Shown: positions 36,701 through 46,200 of the stretch, piece by piece
How positions within the stretch are numbered: the stretch's first letter is position 1
Layout: each line of letters opens with the position of its first letter
Assembly: GCA_017435615.1 (NCBI GenBank)
Contig: JAFSET010000034.1
Coordinates: forward strand, 2,772 to 66,771
Direction of reading: 5' to 3'
DNA from: Oscillospiraceae bacterium
Lineage (GTDB): Bacteria; Bacillota; Clostridia; Oscillospirales; Oscillospiraceae
DNA: 64,000 nucleotides
The notes under the pieces: generated by a model
Told to the model about the DNA's origin: nothing
Databases searched by the model: none
What the model saw: only the letters and a program-made list of their open reading frames with translations
Program-made: the position numbers and the translations under genes

Positions 36701-39495
36701 TACTGATCAACGGTCAGGTGACCATCACCAAATACACCGGCTCTGCCGCAGAGCTGGAGATTCCCAGTCAGATCGAGGGCTACCCGGTCACCGCTATTGA
36801 TCTGTACGCATTTTCAAATAACGAAACCCTGACCGCTGTTACCGTCCCGGACAGTGTTATCACCATCGGCGAATCGGCCTTTGCACAGTGCCAAAATCTG
36901 TACAGCGTCACCCTGGGCAACAGCGTCACGGTCATTGGCTTTGGTGCATTCCAGAACTGTTCCAACTTGACCTCCATTAACATCCCGGACAGTGTCACCG
37001 ACCTTTTAGACTATGCATTCTCCAATTGCCGCAGTTTGACCGATATCCATCTGCCAAACAGCCTGGACGTGATCGGTTATGGCTGCTTTGTGAATTGCAG
37101 CAATTTGTCTTCCATCTCCATCCCGGAAAGCGTCACCTACATTGGCGACTATGCCCTCTTTGGATGTGAGAGCCTGACCGGCATTTGGGTTGACGAAAAC
37201 AATCCTTTCTACTGCAGCGACAGCTATGGCGTCCTGTTCAGCAAGGATCAAACGGAGCTGCTCCAAACTCCGGCTACCCTATCCGGTGACTACAGCATCC
37301 CCGACAGCGTCACACGCATTTGTGACAGTTCATTCTGCTGGTGTCCGGAGCTGACCGGCATTTGGGCAGGAGAAAACAACCCGTCTTACAGCTCTGACAG
37401 CTTCGGTGTCCTGTTTGACAAGGATAAAACAACGCTGATTCATGCCCCCGGCACATTATCCGGCAGCTACAGCATCCCGGACAGCGTCACCGCCATCGGC
37501 GACTATGGCTTCCTCGGATGCGGCATCCTGACCGCCATCACTATCCCGGACAGTGTCACAAGCATTGGAAGTGATGCGTTCTCCTTCTGCCACGGTCTGA
37601 CCGAGATGACCATCCCCGACAGCGTTACCAGTGTTGGCAGCGGTATGTTCTATGACTGCACCGGCCTGACCAGCGTCACCATCCCGGACAGCATTACCGG
37701 GATCTATGATTGGACCTTCTATAATTGTGCCAGCCTCACCGAGATTACCATTCCGGACAGCGTGACTGAGATTGGCAATTGTGCCTTCTACTATTGCACC
37801 GGTTTGAAGAAGGTTGTCATCGGTGATGGCGTTACCTACATCGGTGTCAGCGCATTTGATCACTGTGTCAGCCTTACCGGAATTACCATCCCGGACAGCG
37901 TGACCGTGATCGGTGATTGGTCTTTCACCCACTGCACCAGCTTGACTGAGGCTATCATTGGCAACAGTGTATCCATCATTGGTGCCGACGCATTCAGTTG
38001 TTGCGAAGCTTTGACCCAGCTCACCATCCCGGACAGTGTCACCGAAATCGCTAAGGGGGCATTTTGGAGCTGCACCGGCTTGAAGGAAATTATCATTGGT
38101 GGCTGCGTTACCACCATCGGCGACGATGTTTTCGGTGATTGCATCAGCCTGACCTCCATCACCATCCCGGATAGCGTCACCGAGATCGGTAGTTGGGCGT
38201 TCCAAAACTGTTCCGCCTTGACCGAGGTTGTCATCGGCAATGGCGTTACCTTCATTGGCGAGGGTGCGTTCTGCCAGTGTCCGCTGACAGATGTGTACTA
38301 TGCCGATACACAATCTCAGTGGGACCAGATCGATATTAACGGCTACTGCAATGAGCCTCTGCTGGATGCTACCTTCCATTACTATGAGCCGCTACAGGTA
38401 CTTTCCCAACCGAAGGCACAAAACCTGGTCACCGGTAAAACTGCTGTGTTTACGGTCAGTGCCGAAGGTACACAATTGCGTTATCAGTGGCAGTACCGTA
38501 CTTCTGCCAACGGCAAGTGGGCAAACGCCACCGCCACCGGCAACAAAACCGCCACCTTAAAGGTGCCGGTCACTGCCACACGAAACGGCTACCAGTATCG
38601 CTGTGTGATCACTGACTGCTTCGGCAATGTAGTTAACTCCAAAGCCGCCACCCTGAAGGTGGTGACCCTGAAGGTCACCGCACAGCCTGCCAACGCCAAT
38701 TTACCTGCCGGTAAGACTGCTAAGTTCACAGTGAAAGCCAGCGGCACAGGGCTGAAATATCAGTGGCAGTACCGCACTTCCTCCAAGGGTTCCTGGAAGA
38801 ACACTTCCGCTACCGGCAGCAAGACCGCAACTGTAAGCGTGCCTGCTACAGCCACACGTAACGGCTATCAGTACCGCTGCAAGATCACGGATCAATACGG
38901 CAATGTGATCTACTCGAGTGCCGCAACCTTAAAGATCGTCACACTGAAGGTAACCGGTCAACCGACCAGCAAATATCTGCCTGCCGGTAAGACCGCCAAG
39001 TTTACTGTCAAGGTCAGCGGCACAGGTCTTAAGTATCAGTGGCAGTATCGCACTTCCGCCAAGGGCTCCTGGAAGAACACTTCCGCTACCGGCAGCAAGA
39101 CCGCTACCCTGAGTGTGGGAGCTATCGCCGCCCGGAACGGTTACCAGTACCGCTGCAAGATCACTGACAAGTATGGCAACGTGATCTATTCCAATGCCGC
39201 AACCTTAAAGATCGTGACCTTGAAGATCACCACGCAGCCTGCTTCCGTAACCCTGGCCAAGGGCAAGACTGCCACCTTCAAAGTGGTTGCCAAGGGCACA
39301 GGTCTTACCTACCAGTGGCAGTACCGGACCTCTGCCAAGGGTGCCTGGAAGAAAGCAACGAATACCGGCAACAAGACCGCTACCCTGAAAGTACCGGTCA
39401 CCGCCGCAAGAAACGGCTACCAGTACCGCTGCGTGATCACAGACAAATACGGCAATGTGATCTACTCCAATGCCGCAACCTTGAAGGCAAAATAA
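30736..39495 (+). CDS. Giant BspA-type leucine-rich-repeat surface protein with Ig-like and carboxypeptidase-regulatory-like domains (~2919 aa)
   Basis: Start moved to MKSVQR (AGGAGG RBS); signal peptide; many C..LTSVTIPDSVT.IG..AF repeats; IYYTLDG module; four basic C-terminal Ig repeats (YQWQYR...NGYQYRC). Confidence 0.92.
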   Translation: MKSVQRILAGILVLVLLLTNIPVQALAHGTSDSQQSSDTAAETTTSVVTDSQQAVVDVKQEEPVCTVPREPEASAPADTIPAEPEATKPASKSPTEPNVATPAHGTSAEVRASWPAGVSTFGSLLYQITGGQVTIIGCDTAATGELVIPDTIEGCPVTSIGGWAFVHCKSLTSVIIPNCVTAIGEDAFYDCDSLTSVTIPDSVTTIDRYAFSSCNTLTSVTVGISVTTIGNYAFSDCPNLTSVTIPDNVTSIGNYTFRNCNQLTIRAVPASYAWTYAEEHNIPFFPLVTIQDLLRLNIKNEEGNTVREGIRVNWYIPEESTPIATGTVLSNLETGTYEYEIIVDPSLVFTYIQPQRGSVDYEGGTVDIEQILESVGQVQISGIVTNQEGAPIKGATLCLTQVSCNTERTVTATTAADGSYALDVYAVAVSGTLSASGYYSRAVNLNLSKDMPQYTLNAALSPLPSNKITLSLYVQKTGSDNYEVLSYNEVDLQLQIKNLTSGTYITNFEFQSGNLVIAGDEASPADTLQITATDPTGAMLAEPVEVTLDQQKNGSASIYFLERGQIVIKQLTGCEDKLLMLFDAQGKFQKAQSVTSGYTSEALAAGQYTLVLLQKTGLLRSVPSLSALKQYGLVAGTDYARTTVTVENGVLTQLDSVFVPALDLSKLYYTVEENTYFTASKSLAFAGEYIVLRVAYEIDSKFPSSGQQVHIRLPEQLTFEGSSLTLDGKAHPYTLDSNELIVNTNRRKGVIRFYIAATSAGNYQIQADLSFMSGGDRLLQPLGSVEVKTVAAHLELPKKTCNGQITVTGKAMPGSTIIFYDTGVQIGTATSNGVGSFYATLPLDLAGKLSYHQISATVSNERLDQPLAVESQLVINDESLTQVSKITMVNTGDNGENISIFNMVNPGPAPQYRFFPGRYPKFTFIVEFEGDGANRAEKVNVITVSSSGDETVVPCFYDEVNDRWVGTHNYYSINDAPVSVTATYDIAAQDDENSVLQLDMDLLNAYAERFEDDIYGDYDLSDYDDDAVIPEDSDEGETTTLEQFIRNVEQINSEVEQLFNDIYYAKQTHFAQYGIVYEETDNSVSYEIDGTKLVFSYEDLTGITEEELLNDGYTLMAAGDGTSVYQRALGNEGMDIVTFQVTADGVEALRNSTTITQQTQTRNAFTESVTDPSFAYNTVLDACSTLYDAELEARAARLNSLVERYDEQLQQSRKAMMKAETEAQWKAFQDQRRPVMQARAKANLKLGSTLREAGKLKLAGKIAPAFAFWQTYQTFRDLENQLASVLSRLPALEDCPEDMIQHVNIDNAGRQLKNDISKAYWLCTVADGGCFAMTFTPAGFLLSTAVGLAVSTAQNSTVSNLEQRIRQLDRQIDTLDCNGDGEPDTPYGSPFGNYAPAQPTRVVIDPSGYVYEAVPSNRVEGVKAEVYYLGYALDEWGVPKEEPEDILWDAEYYDQVNPLYTDELGMFQWDVPVGQWLVKFSKEGYYDTDSRNDPAADNDGYLPVPPPQVEVNTAIVSKAAPVVEQVNVYDDQVQIIFSQYMQLNTVNTGNVTVLSNGKAISGTIAPANAEYNYEQTTQYASIFIFTPNEALGANADVQIRGCVNYAGKAMAAPYAMSGTVTYRPESIDVGENHSVLWNSESVLPLQILPAQAGANQTLSVQVHSSMLLKSSAQIVTTDENGRANVTLTGLLPGSSDVTVKLEGTDIQTTFSVAVKQPEPEVQTCAKVTASLPSGSVVMSGTQLSLSTETEDAQIYYTLDGTCPCVVDSPSRILYTQPIELHEDTFLIAYAVKEGMKDSATAGFIYQVQDGPDVNEDQSYKLYMDNGAKLYFNGQTESEEVTFRLGATDNADEAVDVYLEEADGGYRLYFMDGENKVYIRIYERIDDAPGYGKGSLELVDYPPEELLSVDSVTGTLFYMAPSGKNSYYMGTYGSYSTFSISNTSYITGENAGKVGISQFPAKLEGLSSEIPSQPIPPLPEEAVFEDYTYLLINGQVTITKYTGSAAELEIPSQIEGYPVTAIDLYAFSNNETLTAVTVPDSVITIGESAFAQCQNLYSVTLGNSVTVIGFGAFQNCSNLTSINIPDSVTDLLDYAFSNCRSLTDIHLPNSLDVIGYGCFVNCSNLSSISIPESVTYIGDYALFGCESLTGIWVDENNPFYCSDSYGVLFSKDQTELLQTPATLSGDYSIPDSVTRICDSSFCWCPELTGIWAGENNPSYSSDSFGVLFDKDKTTLIHAPGTLSGSYSIPDSVTAIGDYGFLGCGILTAITIPDSVTSIGSDAFSFCHGLTEMTIPDSVTSVGSGMFYDCTGLTSVTIPDSITGIYDWTFYNCASLTEITIPDSVTEIGNCAFYYCTGLKKVVIGDGVTYIGVSAFDHCVSLTGITIPDSVTVIGDWSFTHCTSLTEAIIGNSVSIIGADAFSCCEALTQLTIPDSVTEIAKGAFWSCTGLKEIIIGGCVTTIGDDVFGDCISLTSITIPDSVTEIGSWAFQNCSALTEVVIGNGVTFIGEGAFCQCPLTDVYYADTQSQWDQIDINGYCNEPLLDATFHYYEPLQVLSQPKAQNLVTGKTAVFTVSAEGTQLRYQWQYRTSANGKWANATATGNKTATLKVPVTATRNGYQYRCVITDCFGNVVNSKAATLKVVTLKVTAQPANANLPAGKTAKFTVKASGTGLKYQWQYRTSSKGSWKNTSATGSKTATVSVPATATRNGYQYRCKITDQYGNVIYSSAATLKIVTLKVTGQPTSKYLPAGKTAKFTVKVSGTGLKYQWQYRTSAKGSWKNTSATGSKTATLSVGAIAARNGYQYRCKITDKYGNVIYSNAATLKIVTLKITTQPASVTLAKGKTATFKVVAKGTGLTYQWQYRTSAKGAWKKATNTGNKTATLKVPVTAARNGYQYRCVITDKYGNVIYSNAATLKAK

Positions 39496-39501
39496 AACAG
39501 T

Positions 39502-39530
39502 TTCCGGGATGGCTAAGCGCCATCCCGGAA
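39502..39530. terminator. Bidirectional terminator
   Basis: TTCCGGGATGGC/GCCATCCCGGAA stem between convergent genes. Confidence 0.7.
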
Positions 39531-39543
39531 TTTTATATTCTCT

Positions 39544-40701
39544 TTATGATACGGTTGCCTCTTCTTTGCTTTCCTTGATGTTGATATTCACGCCATTGAC
39601 TTCCACATTATCATCGGCGCAAATCAGAATGTATTTGACACCGCCGATGATGCGTGTTTCGATTAGGTCCGCGCACTCCGGGCTGACGGTGATGGTCACA
39701 TCCGGGGTCTTGACCTCAAATCGCTTGTTATTGATAATATTCTTGGGGTGGAGCTGGGCATCCGCACCGAAGACCTCATCATACTCCACAGAAAACTTAG
39801 CCACATTCTTTTCCGGCACACCGGAGGCGGTCAGCGCATCCTTCACCTGCTCCTTGCCCACCAAAAGCGGCTCTGCCACCTTGCTTTCCTTGTGCATCTC
39901 AATACACTGGCAAAGCTGCTCATGGACCGTCTGCACCACTTCCATGCTGCACGCCTCCCCTACCGATCTTGTCAGCAGCGCTTCAAAGGAAGTCTTCTGC
40001 TCCGCGGCAGGCTTGGGCGGTTCTACACGAAACAGTGCATCGATCACATTTTCATAAACCGTTTTAGGGCTCTTGGTGTAGAACAGGGCATTATAAATAT
40101 TGGTGGCCCGGTTATCAAAGGCCGGGAACAAAAAGCCCAGCTCCGGGGCACAGGCAACCTGCTCCACCGCGCCGTCATGGAATTCTTTATTTTCCGCCAC
40201 ATACCGCAAGCTGGGTTTTGTCAGCTTTACCGGGCATACCGCACATTGCAGGTATGTATAGGTTTCATCGGAGGACTCGGAATGAAGCTCTCCGTCCTTG
40301 CCCTTAAAGGGCACATCATAGCTGTCAAGTCCCAGCAAGATCAGGTAGCTTTCATCAAAGGTTACATTGTCTATGATCTTTTTATACAGCTCCAGCCGCA
40401 GATTTTCATCCTTCAGGCCGGTTTCACGCAGATCCATCAGCAGCTTGTGCTCCAGGCTTTGGGCTACCTGTGCTGTACGAAAGGTAATATCGATCAGGTT
40501 TTTACCGATAGAGCCGGACAGTGTCCGCTTCAGTAAACCAAAATACTTTTCCGCTTCATTCTCCGGCATCATGCCCACGCTTTGGCGAAACTCGGAGACA
40601 ATCTCCTTTTGGGCGTTTACATAGCAGCCGTATACAGCGGTCATATTGCTCCGGTCCCGACGGGTCCGGCGGCGAATTTCGCCGATTTCCTTCTCATTCA
40701 T
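39544..40701 (-). CDS. DUF4317-family protein
   Basis: MNEKEIGEIRRR, GCYVN, GFLFPAFDNR, VEVNG motifs. Confidence 0.85.
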   Translation of the reverse strand: MNEKEIGEIRRRTRRDRSNMTAVYGCYVNAQKEIVSEFRQSVGMMPENEAEKYFGLLKRTLSGSIGKNLIDITFRTAQVAQSLEHKLLMDLRETGLKDENLRLELYKKIIDNVTFDESYLILLGLDSYDVPFKGKDGELHSESSDETYTYLQCAVCPVKLTKPSLRYVAENKEFHDGAVEQVACAPELGFLFPAFDNRATNIYNALFYTKSPKTVYENVIDALFRVEPPKPAAEQKTSFEALLTRSVGEACSMEVVQTVHEQLCQCIEMHKESKVAEPLLVGKEQVKDALTASGVPEKNVAKFSVEYDEVFGADAQLHPKNIINNKRFEVKTPDVTITVSPECADLIETRIIGGVKYILICADDNVEVNGVNINIKESKEEATVS

Positions 40702-40726
40702 TGCATTTTCTCCGTTTCCAATTTTG

Positions 40727-40753
40727 AGGGTGTTGCAAGTTTTGCAACACCCT
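40727..40753 (-). terminator. Hairpin after pgsA
   Basis: AGGGTGTTGCAA/TTGCAACACCCT stem. Confidence 0.55.
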
Positions 40754-40762
40754 TTTTATCCC

Positions 40763-41302
40763 TTATTTACCGATCAGGCACTTACCGTTTTGGACAAAGT
40801 ACTCCACACCGGAGTATACAGTGGTGACCACGATCACCGTATTGACCAGAATACCCAGCCAGCCAATATGAGGAAAGGCCATCATAAAGCAAAGGCCGAC
40901 CATGGTGCTGGCGGTTTTGACCTTACCGCTCCAGCCTGCGGCGATCACAGTGCCGTTACCCACCGCCACCAGGCGAAGACCGGTGACCGCGAATTCACGG
41001 GTCAGCACAATCATCAGCGCCCAGGCAGGCATCAGCCCCCACTGGCAAAACACCGTCATTACCGCGATCACCAACAGCTTGTCTGCCAACGGATCCAGGA
41101 ATTTGCCAAAATCCGTTACCTGGTTATACTTTCTTGCAATGAAGCCATCCACATAGTCGGAAAGACTGGCAATGATAAACACAGCCAAGGCAAGCCAAAG
41201 CCACAAATTGGCTGTGCCGCCGCTTACATACATCAATACCATTACCACCGGGATCAAAACGACCCGTAAAATGGTGATCTTACTTGCCAAAGTCATATTC
41301 AT
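40763..41302 (-). CDS. pgsA: CDP-diacylglycerol--glycerol-3-phosphate phosphatidyltransferase
   Basis: DYVDGFIARK...GKFLDPLADK motif. Confidence 0.95.
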   Translation of the reverse strand: MNMTLASKITILRVVLIPVVMVLMYVSGGTANLWLWLALAVFIIASLSDYVDGFIARKYNQVTDFGKFLDPLADKLLVIAVMTVFCQWGLMPAWALMIVLTREFAVTGLRLVAVGNGTVIAAGWSGKVKTASTMVGLCFMMAFPHIGWLGILVNTVIVVTTVYSGVEYFVQNGKCLIGK

Positions 41303-42627
41303 TCCTCCAAAAGATAACCGGACAAATCTCCGTCAATGACCGCATCGATACAGACCTGAACAAATGTACCCTCCGTTACCGGCTCCTCCGATGCGATCCA
41401 CACTCTGCCGTCGATATCCGGGGAATCGGCGTAGGTGCGGCCATAAAACTGTTCAAACTCTTCATCATAGCCGTCTACAAGCAGTTCAACCGTTCTGCCG
41501 ATCATAGCCCCATTGTATTCGTCCATAATGTCAGACTGTAAAATTTCAATAGACTGGGCCCGTTTTTGGGCGATCTCGCTGTCCGGATAGTCCATTTCCG
41601 CAGCCGGGGTCCCTTCCTCCGGGGAGAACGGAAATGCTCCCACACGCTCCAGCTTCTGCTCCTTCAAAAATTCGCAAAGCTCCGCGAATTCTTCCTCCCC
41701 TTCACCGGGCAGGCCGGTGATCACACTAGTACGCAGAACCAATCCGGGAATTTCACGGCGGAGCTTGGAAAACAGCGCACGCAGATACGCGCCATCTCCA
41801 CGGCGGTTCATCAGTTTCAGGATCTTATCGCTACAGTGCTGAATGGGGATATCCAAATACTTCACGATCTTCGGCTCGGAAGCGATCACCTGGATCAGCT
41901 CGTCATCGATCTCATCCGGATACAAATAGTGAATTCGGATCCAGTGAAAACCTTCAATGGCGCAAAGCTGGCGCAGCAGCTCCGGCAACAGCCTTTTATG
42001 CTCCGGGAAATCCGTTCCGTAACGGCTGGTATCCTGGGCAACCACGATCAGCTCCTTCACGCCGCTGTCAGCCAGCAGGCGTGCCTCATACAGCACATCA
42101 TCCATGGAACGGCTGCGGAACTTGCCACGCAAAAACGGAATAATGCAGTAGCTGCAGCGGTTGTCGCAGCCTTCTGCGATCTTGATAAAAGCGTAATGCT
42201 CCGGGGTGGTGAGAATTCTACCGGTCTCCACCTCCGGCTCATCAATGGAGTCAAACCGCTCCACCGTCTGCTCCGAAAGAAGCTGCTGCACAGCCTCTGC
42301 GATCCGGTCGTAGCTTCCGGTACCCAAAACGCCGTCCACCTCCGGCAGCTCCTGCAGCACCTGCTTTTGGTACCGCTGAGACAGGCAGCCGGTGACCAGT
42401 ATCTTTCCGATCAGGCCCTGCTGCTTGAGCTGGCCCATTTGCAGGATGTGGTCGATGGCCTCGGATTTTGCCGAATCAATAAAGCCGCAGGTGTTGATCA
42501 CCACCACATCACAGCCAACCACATCCGGCTGCACTGTAAAGCCTGCCTCCTGCACCCGGAACATCATCCGTTCGCAGTCCACCTGGTTTTTGGCACAACC
42601 AAGAGAAATAAAACCTATATTTGCCAT
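41299..42627 (-). CDS. rimO: Ribosomal protein S12 methylthiotransferase
   Basis: SLGCAKNQVD, NTCGFI, CDNRCSYC radical SAM motif, DSPDIDG TRAM domain. Confidence 0.95.
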   Translation of the reverse strand: MANIGFISLGCAKNQVDCERMMFRVQEAGFTVQPDVVGCDVVVINTCGFIDSAKSEAIDHILQMGQLKQQGLIGKILVTGCLSQRYQKQVLQELPEVDGVLGTGSYDRIAEAVQQLLSEQTVERFDSIDEPEVETGRILTTPEHYAFIKIAEGCDNRCSYCIIPFLRGKFRSRSMDDVLYEARLLADSGVKELIVVAQDTSRYGTDFPEHKRLLPELLRQLCAIEGFHWIRIHYLYPDEIDDELIQVIASEPKIVKYLDIPIQHCSDKILKLMNRRGDGAYLRALFSKLRREIPGLVLRTSVITGLPGEGEEEFAELCEFLKEQKLERVGAFPFSPEEGTPAAEMDYPDSEIAQKRAQSIEILQSDIMDEYNGAMIGRTVELLVDGYDEEFEQFYGRTYADSPDIDGRVWIASEEPVTEGTFVQVCIDAVIDGDLSGYLLEE

Positions 42628-42628
42628 T

Positions 42629-43240
42629 TCAGTCCTCCAACGCATCCTCATAATCCAGCACCCGGCGGATATGGCCGTAGCTGTGGCCCTTGCGGATCAG
42701 GGCATCGATAACTTTTTTCACAGCCTTCTGATCCGGCTCCTGCGGCAAATGCTCCTGCACATACTGCCGGATATAGTCCATTTGATCCGGGTAATCCTGC
42801 AAAGCCTCCTGCCAGTAGTCCCTGGGGATGCGTTTTTCATATAATGCCTGTTTTGCCCGGGCAAGGCCGTAGCCTTTGCTGACGCACCGGGCCACCACCT
42901 GCTCCGCTGTGCGGCGGTCATCCAGCAGGTTCAGTTCTTCCATCCAGCTGACCGCCTCTTTGGCGCTTTCGGCATTTTCACCTTTTTGGATCAGCCGCTG
43001 CTGCAGGTCGTTTTTCGACACACTGCTGGCAGAAACGATCCGCACAGCCCGCATTTTTGCCGACATTCGTGACGCCGCCTGCTCCAAAGCATCCAACTCC
43101 GCAGGTGTCATTTCCAGCCCTGTGTACAGGCCAAAATCCTGCACAGTCTGCCGGTACAGGCGCATCACGCTGCCGTCATCAAATGTCAATCTGTACCGCC
43201 CTACCCGGTCCGGTTGGGCGGATATGGACTCAATCCTCAT
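42629..43240 (-). CDS. recX: RecX regulatory protein
   Basis: Directly downstream of recA; [12 protein letters not shown]...[16 protein letters not shown]. Confidence 0.85.
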   Translation of the reverse strand: MRIESISAQPDRVGRYRLTFDDGSVMRLYRQTVQDFGLYTGLEMTPAELDALEQAASRMSAKMRAVRIVSASSVSKNDLQQRLIQKGENAESAKEAVSWMEELNLLDDRRTAEQVVARCVSKGYGLARAKQALYEKRIPRDYWQEALQDYPDQMDYIRQYVQEHLPQEPDQKAVKKVIDALIRKGHSYGHIRRVLDYEDALED

Positions 43241-44333
43241 CGTTAAAATCGTCCGCACTGACGGCTACAGGCCGCTCTGCTGCCTTGGCTGGGCTCTTAG
43301 CACCGCCGGACAGCTTCCACAAATTCTCACGGACCTGGGCCTCCACCTGTTCTGCGATCTCAGGATTTTGCTGCAGGAAGGTCTTCACGCTGTCCTTGCC
43401 CTGACCGATCCGCTCATCGCCCATGCCAAACCAGCTTCCGCTTTTCTGAATAATGTCCATCTGGACCGCCATATCCACCAGCTCGCCCCACTTGCTGATA
43501 CCTTCGCCGTACATAATGTCGAAGTGAGCCTCACGGAAGGGAGGCGCGACCTTGTTTTTGACCACCTTGACGCGGGTCTTATTGCCGATCACATTGCCGC
43601 CCTCTTTGATGGATTCCACACGGCGCACGTCCAAACGCACAGAAGAATAGAACTTCAGAGCATTGCCGCCGGTGGTGGTCTCCGGGTTGCCGTACATTAC
43701 ACCGATCTTCATACGTAGCTGGTTAATGAAAATAACCACACAGTTGGTCTTGGAAATGGTTCCGGCCAGCTTACGCAGAGCCTGGGACATCAGCCGGGCC
43801 TGCAGACCAACAAAGGTATCGCCCATTTCGCCCTCGATCTCCTGCTTGGGCACCAACGCCGCCACAGAGTCCACGACCACAGCATCCACCGCACAGGAGC
43901 GTACCAGCGCGTCAGTGATCTCCAGGGCCTGCTCACCGGTGTCAGGCTGAGAGACCAGCATATTATCAATATCCACGCCCAAAGCCGCGGCGTAAACCGG
44001 GTCCAAAGCGTGCTCCGCGTCCACGAAGGCTACCTCGCCGCCCATCTTCTGTGCCTCCGCAAGAATGTGCAGAGCCAGCGTGGTCTTACCGGAGGATTCC
44101 GGTCCGTAGATCTCAATGATCCGTCCCTTAGGCACACCGCCGATGCCCAAAGCGGCATCCAGTGCCAAAGAGCCGGTAGGAATGGACTCCACGCTCATTT
44201 CCGGACGGTCACCCAAGCGCATCACGGTGCCCTTGCCGAAGTTCTTTTCGATCTGGGAGATCGCCGTCTGCAGAGCCTTTTTCTTGTCCGACGCAGGGGT
44301 CGGTGCTTCATAAACAGTTTTCTTTGTAGCCAT
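43230..44333 (-). CDS. recA: Recombinase A
   Basis: [35 protein letters not shown]. Confidence 0.99.
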   Translation of the reverse strand: MATKKTVYEAPTPASDKKKALQTAISQIEKNFGKGTVMRLGDRPEMSVESIPTGSLALDAALGIGGVPKGRIIEIYGPESSGKTTLALHILAEAQKMGGEVAFVDAEHALDPVYAAALGVDIDNMLVSQPDTGEQALEITDALVRSCAVDAVVVDSVAALVPKQEIEGEMGDTFVGLQARLMSQALRKLAGTISKTNCVVIFINQLRMKIGVMYGNPETTTGGNALKFYSSVRLDVRRVESIKEGGNVIGNKTRVKVVKNKVAPPFREAHFDIMYGEGISKWGELVDMAVQMDIIQKSGSWFGMGDERIGQGKDSVKTFLQQNPEIAEQVEAQVRENLWKLSGGAKSPAKAAERPVAVSADDFNDED

Positions 44334-44338
44334 ATTGA

Positions 44339-45211
44339 TCAATCCTTCCTGTCGTACCGGGCAATGACTGCCCGTTCTATGTCGTTATAATCTCTGGAGC
44401 GTTCCAGAATGGTATACCCATTTTCTTCCAGGATGCCGCACACCGCATCCCCCTGCCCCATGCCAAATTCAAAGCACAAATATCCGCCGGGCTTCAAAGC
44501 CTTGCGGTAATTGGCACTGATAGCCCTGTAAAAATCCAGGCCATCCGTACCGCCGTGCAGTGCCAAATGGGGCTCATACTTTTTCACACTGTCCGGAAGC
44601 TCTCTCATTTCCCGGGTGGTCACATAAGGCGGATTGGAAATGATCAGATCAAACTTCCCTAAAAACGTGGCCGGCTCAGACAAAGCATCCGCCTGCACGC
44701 AGGACACTCTTGCAGAAAGCTTTTGGGCGGTAATATTGGCCTTCGCCACCTTCATGGCTTCCTTGGAAATATCCGCACAGGTTACCCTGGCGTCCTTCAC
44801 TCTGGAGGCAATGGCCAGGCCGATACAGCCTGAACCGGTGCAAAGGTCCAGCACTCTGGGGGCTTCCCCTAAAAACAGTGCCTGCTTGATCGCAAGGGCG
44901 GTCACTGCACAGGTATCATCCCGGGGAATAAGCACATCCGGCGTCACCTGCAGGGTCATTCCGTAAAACTCCCACTGCCCCAGCACATAGGCCAACGGCT
45001 CTCCGGCCAGCACACGGCTGACCAGCGCCGCCATTTCGTTACAGGTTTGCTCCCCGGCGTACATCTGCCGGTCCGTCAAAATTTGTTCGTTGGTCTTTCC
45101 CGTCACGTGACACAGAAGATTTCTGGCAAGCAGTCCGGCTGTTTGCTGGTCTTCCTGGGTCATAAAGGCACGGCGGGCCTCCAGATACAGGTCCGATATT
45201 GTCTTTACCAC
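44339..45211 (-). CDS. prmC: Release factor glutamine methyltransferase
   Basis: [25 protein letters not shown]. Confidence 0.95.
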   Translation of the reverse strand: MVKTISDLYLEARRAFMTQEDQQTAGLLARNLLCHVTGKTNEQILTDRQMYAGEQTCNEMAALVSRVLAGEPLAYVLGQWEFYGMTLQVTPDVLIPRDDTCAVTALAIKQALFLGEAPRVLDLCTGSGCIGLAIASRVKDARVTCADISKEAMKVAKANITAQKLSARVSCVQADALSEPATFLGKFDLIISNPPYVTTREMRELPDSVKKYEPHLALHGGTDGLDFYRAISANYRKALKPGGYLCFEFGMGQGDAVCGILEENGYTILERSRDYNDIERAVIARYDRKD

Positions 45212-46185
45212 CGGTCTGCCCCCGCTTCCTCCGGCAGTACCGCCTCCACTGCGGCAATGGCCACTTCGATCATGCTGTCGTCAGGCTCCCTGGTGGTAAA
45301 CTTCTGAAACCACAGGCCCGGCGCGGTCATAAACCGGGTAAAGGCATTGTCATGGCGGCCTACAAAGCGGTTGATCTCATAGCTGAAGGCCACCACCAGC
45401 GGCAGCAGGAGCAGCTTAAAGACGATCATGATCAGGCTGTATAAAACCTGTCCGCGCATGGCTGCCAGGCCGGGGATCAAAGACAGCAGCACACTGGAAG
45501 CAACGGAAAACACCAAAATGGAAATGATCATGACCACCAACAAAAAGCTGGTGCCGCACCGGGGATGCAGTCTCGTCTGCTGGCGGATATTTTCCACCGT
45601 CAGGGGCAGGGCTGCCTCGTAGCAGCGAATGGTCTTATGCTCCGCGCCGTGATAGGAGAACACCCGTTTCATATCCTTCATTTGCGAAACAAGCACGATA
45701 TAGGCCGTGAAGATGCAGATCCGCACAACGCCCTCGATCAGGTTCAGCAGCAGTGTATTGCTCACCACACCGGACAGAAGGCTGCTGATCAGCATGGGTA
45801 GCAGGAAAAACAGGCCGATGGACATAGCCAGGCCCAAAAACACCGCAAAGCCGATGACAAAATTCTGAAAACCCTTGTCTCCCAGCTTTTTTTCCAGCCA
45901 CAGGTCCAATTTGGAGGGCTGTTCCTGCTCCTCCTCCGGGCTCAGGTCTGCCGACTGCATCAGGGCCTTGACACCGGTGACCTGAGAATCAAAGAAATTC
46001 ACCACACCACGAATCAGCGGCCAGGTATAAACCGTTCCTTTTTTATGGACCTTCCGGGGCTTTACATCCACCTTCAGGCCGTCCTTTGTGCGCACGACCA
46101 CGCAGTCCTTTTCCGGGCCGCGCATCATAATACCTTCGATCAGCGCCTGTCCGCCGATCATTGTTTTAAACTGTTCCTTTGCCAT
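45205..46185 (-). CDS. DUF1385-family membrane protein
   Basis: IGGQALIEGIMM, YHGAEHK, HPRCGTSF, TTREPD. Confidence 0.92.
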   Translation of the reverse strand: MAKEQFKTMIGGQALIEGIMMRGPEKDCVVVRTKDGLKVDVKPRKVHKKGTVYTWPLIRGVVNFFDSQVTGVKALMQSADLSPEEEQEQPSKLDLWLEKKLGDKGFQNFVIGFAVFLGLAMSIGLFFLLPMLISSLLSGVVSNTLLLNLIEGVVRICIFTAYIVLVSQMKDMKRVFSYHGAEHKTIRCYEAALPLTVENIRQQTRLHPRCGTSFLLVVMIISILVFSVASSVLLSLIPGLAAMRGQVLYSLIMIVFKLLLLPLVVAFSYEINRFVGRHDNAFTRFMTAPGLWFQKFTTREPDDSMIEVAIAAVEAVLPEEAGADRW

Positions 46186-46200
46186 AGGGTCTCCTCTTTC

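Noticed and set aside
36780-39495. Diversity-generating retroelement template/variable repeats in the LRR and Ig repeats
   Set aside because: Differences are not adenine-specific, all copies are in-frame coding repeats, and no reverse transcriptase is in the window
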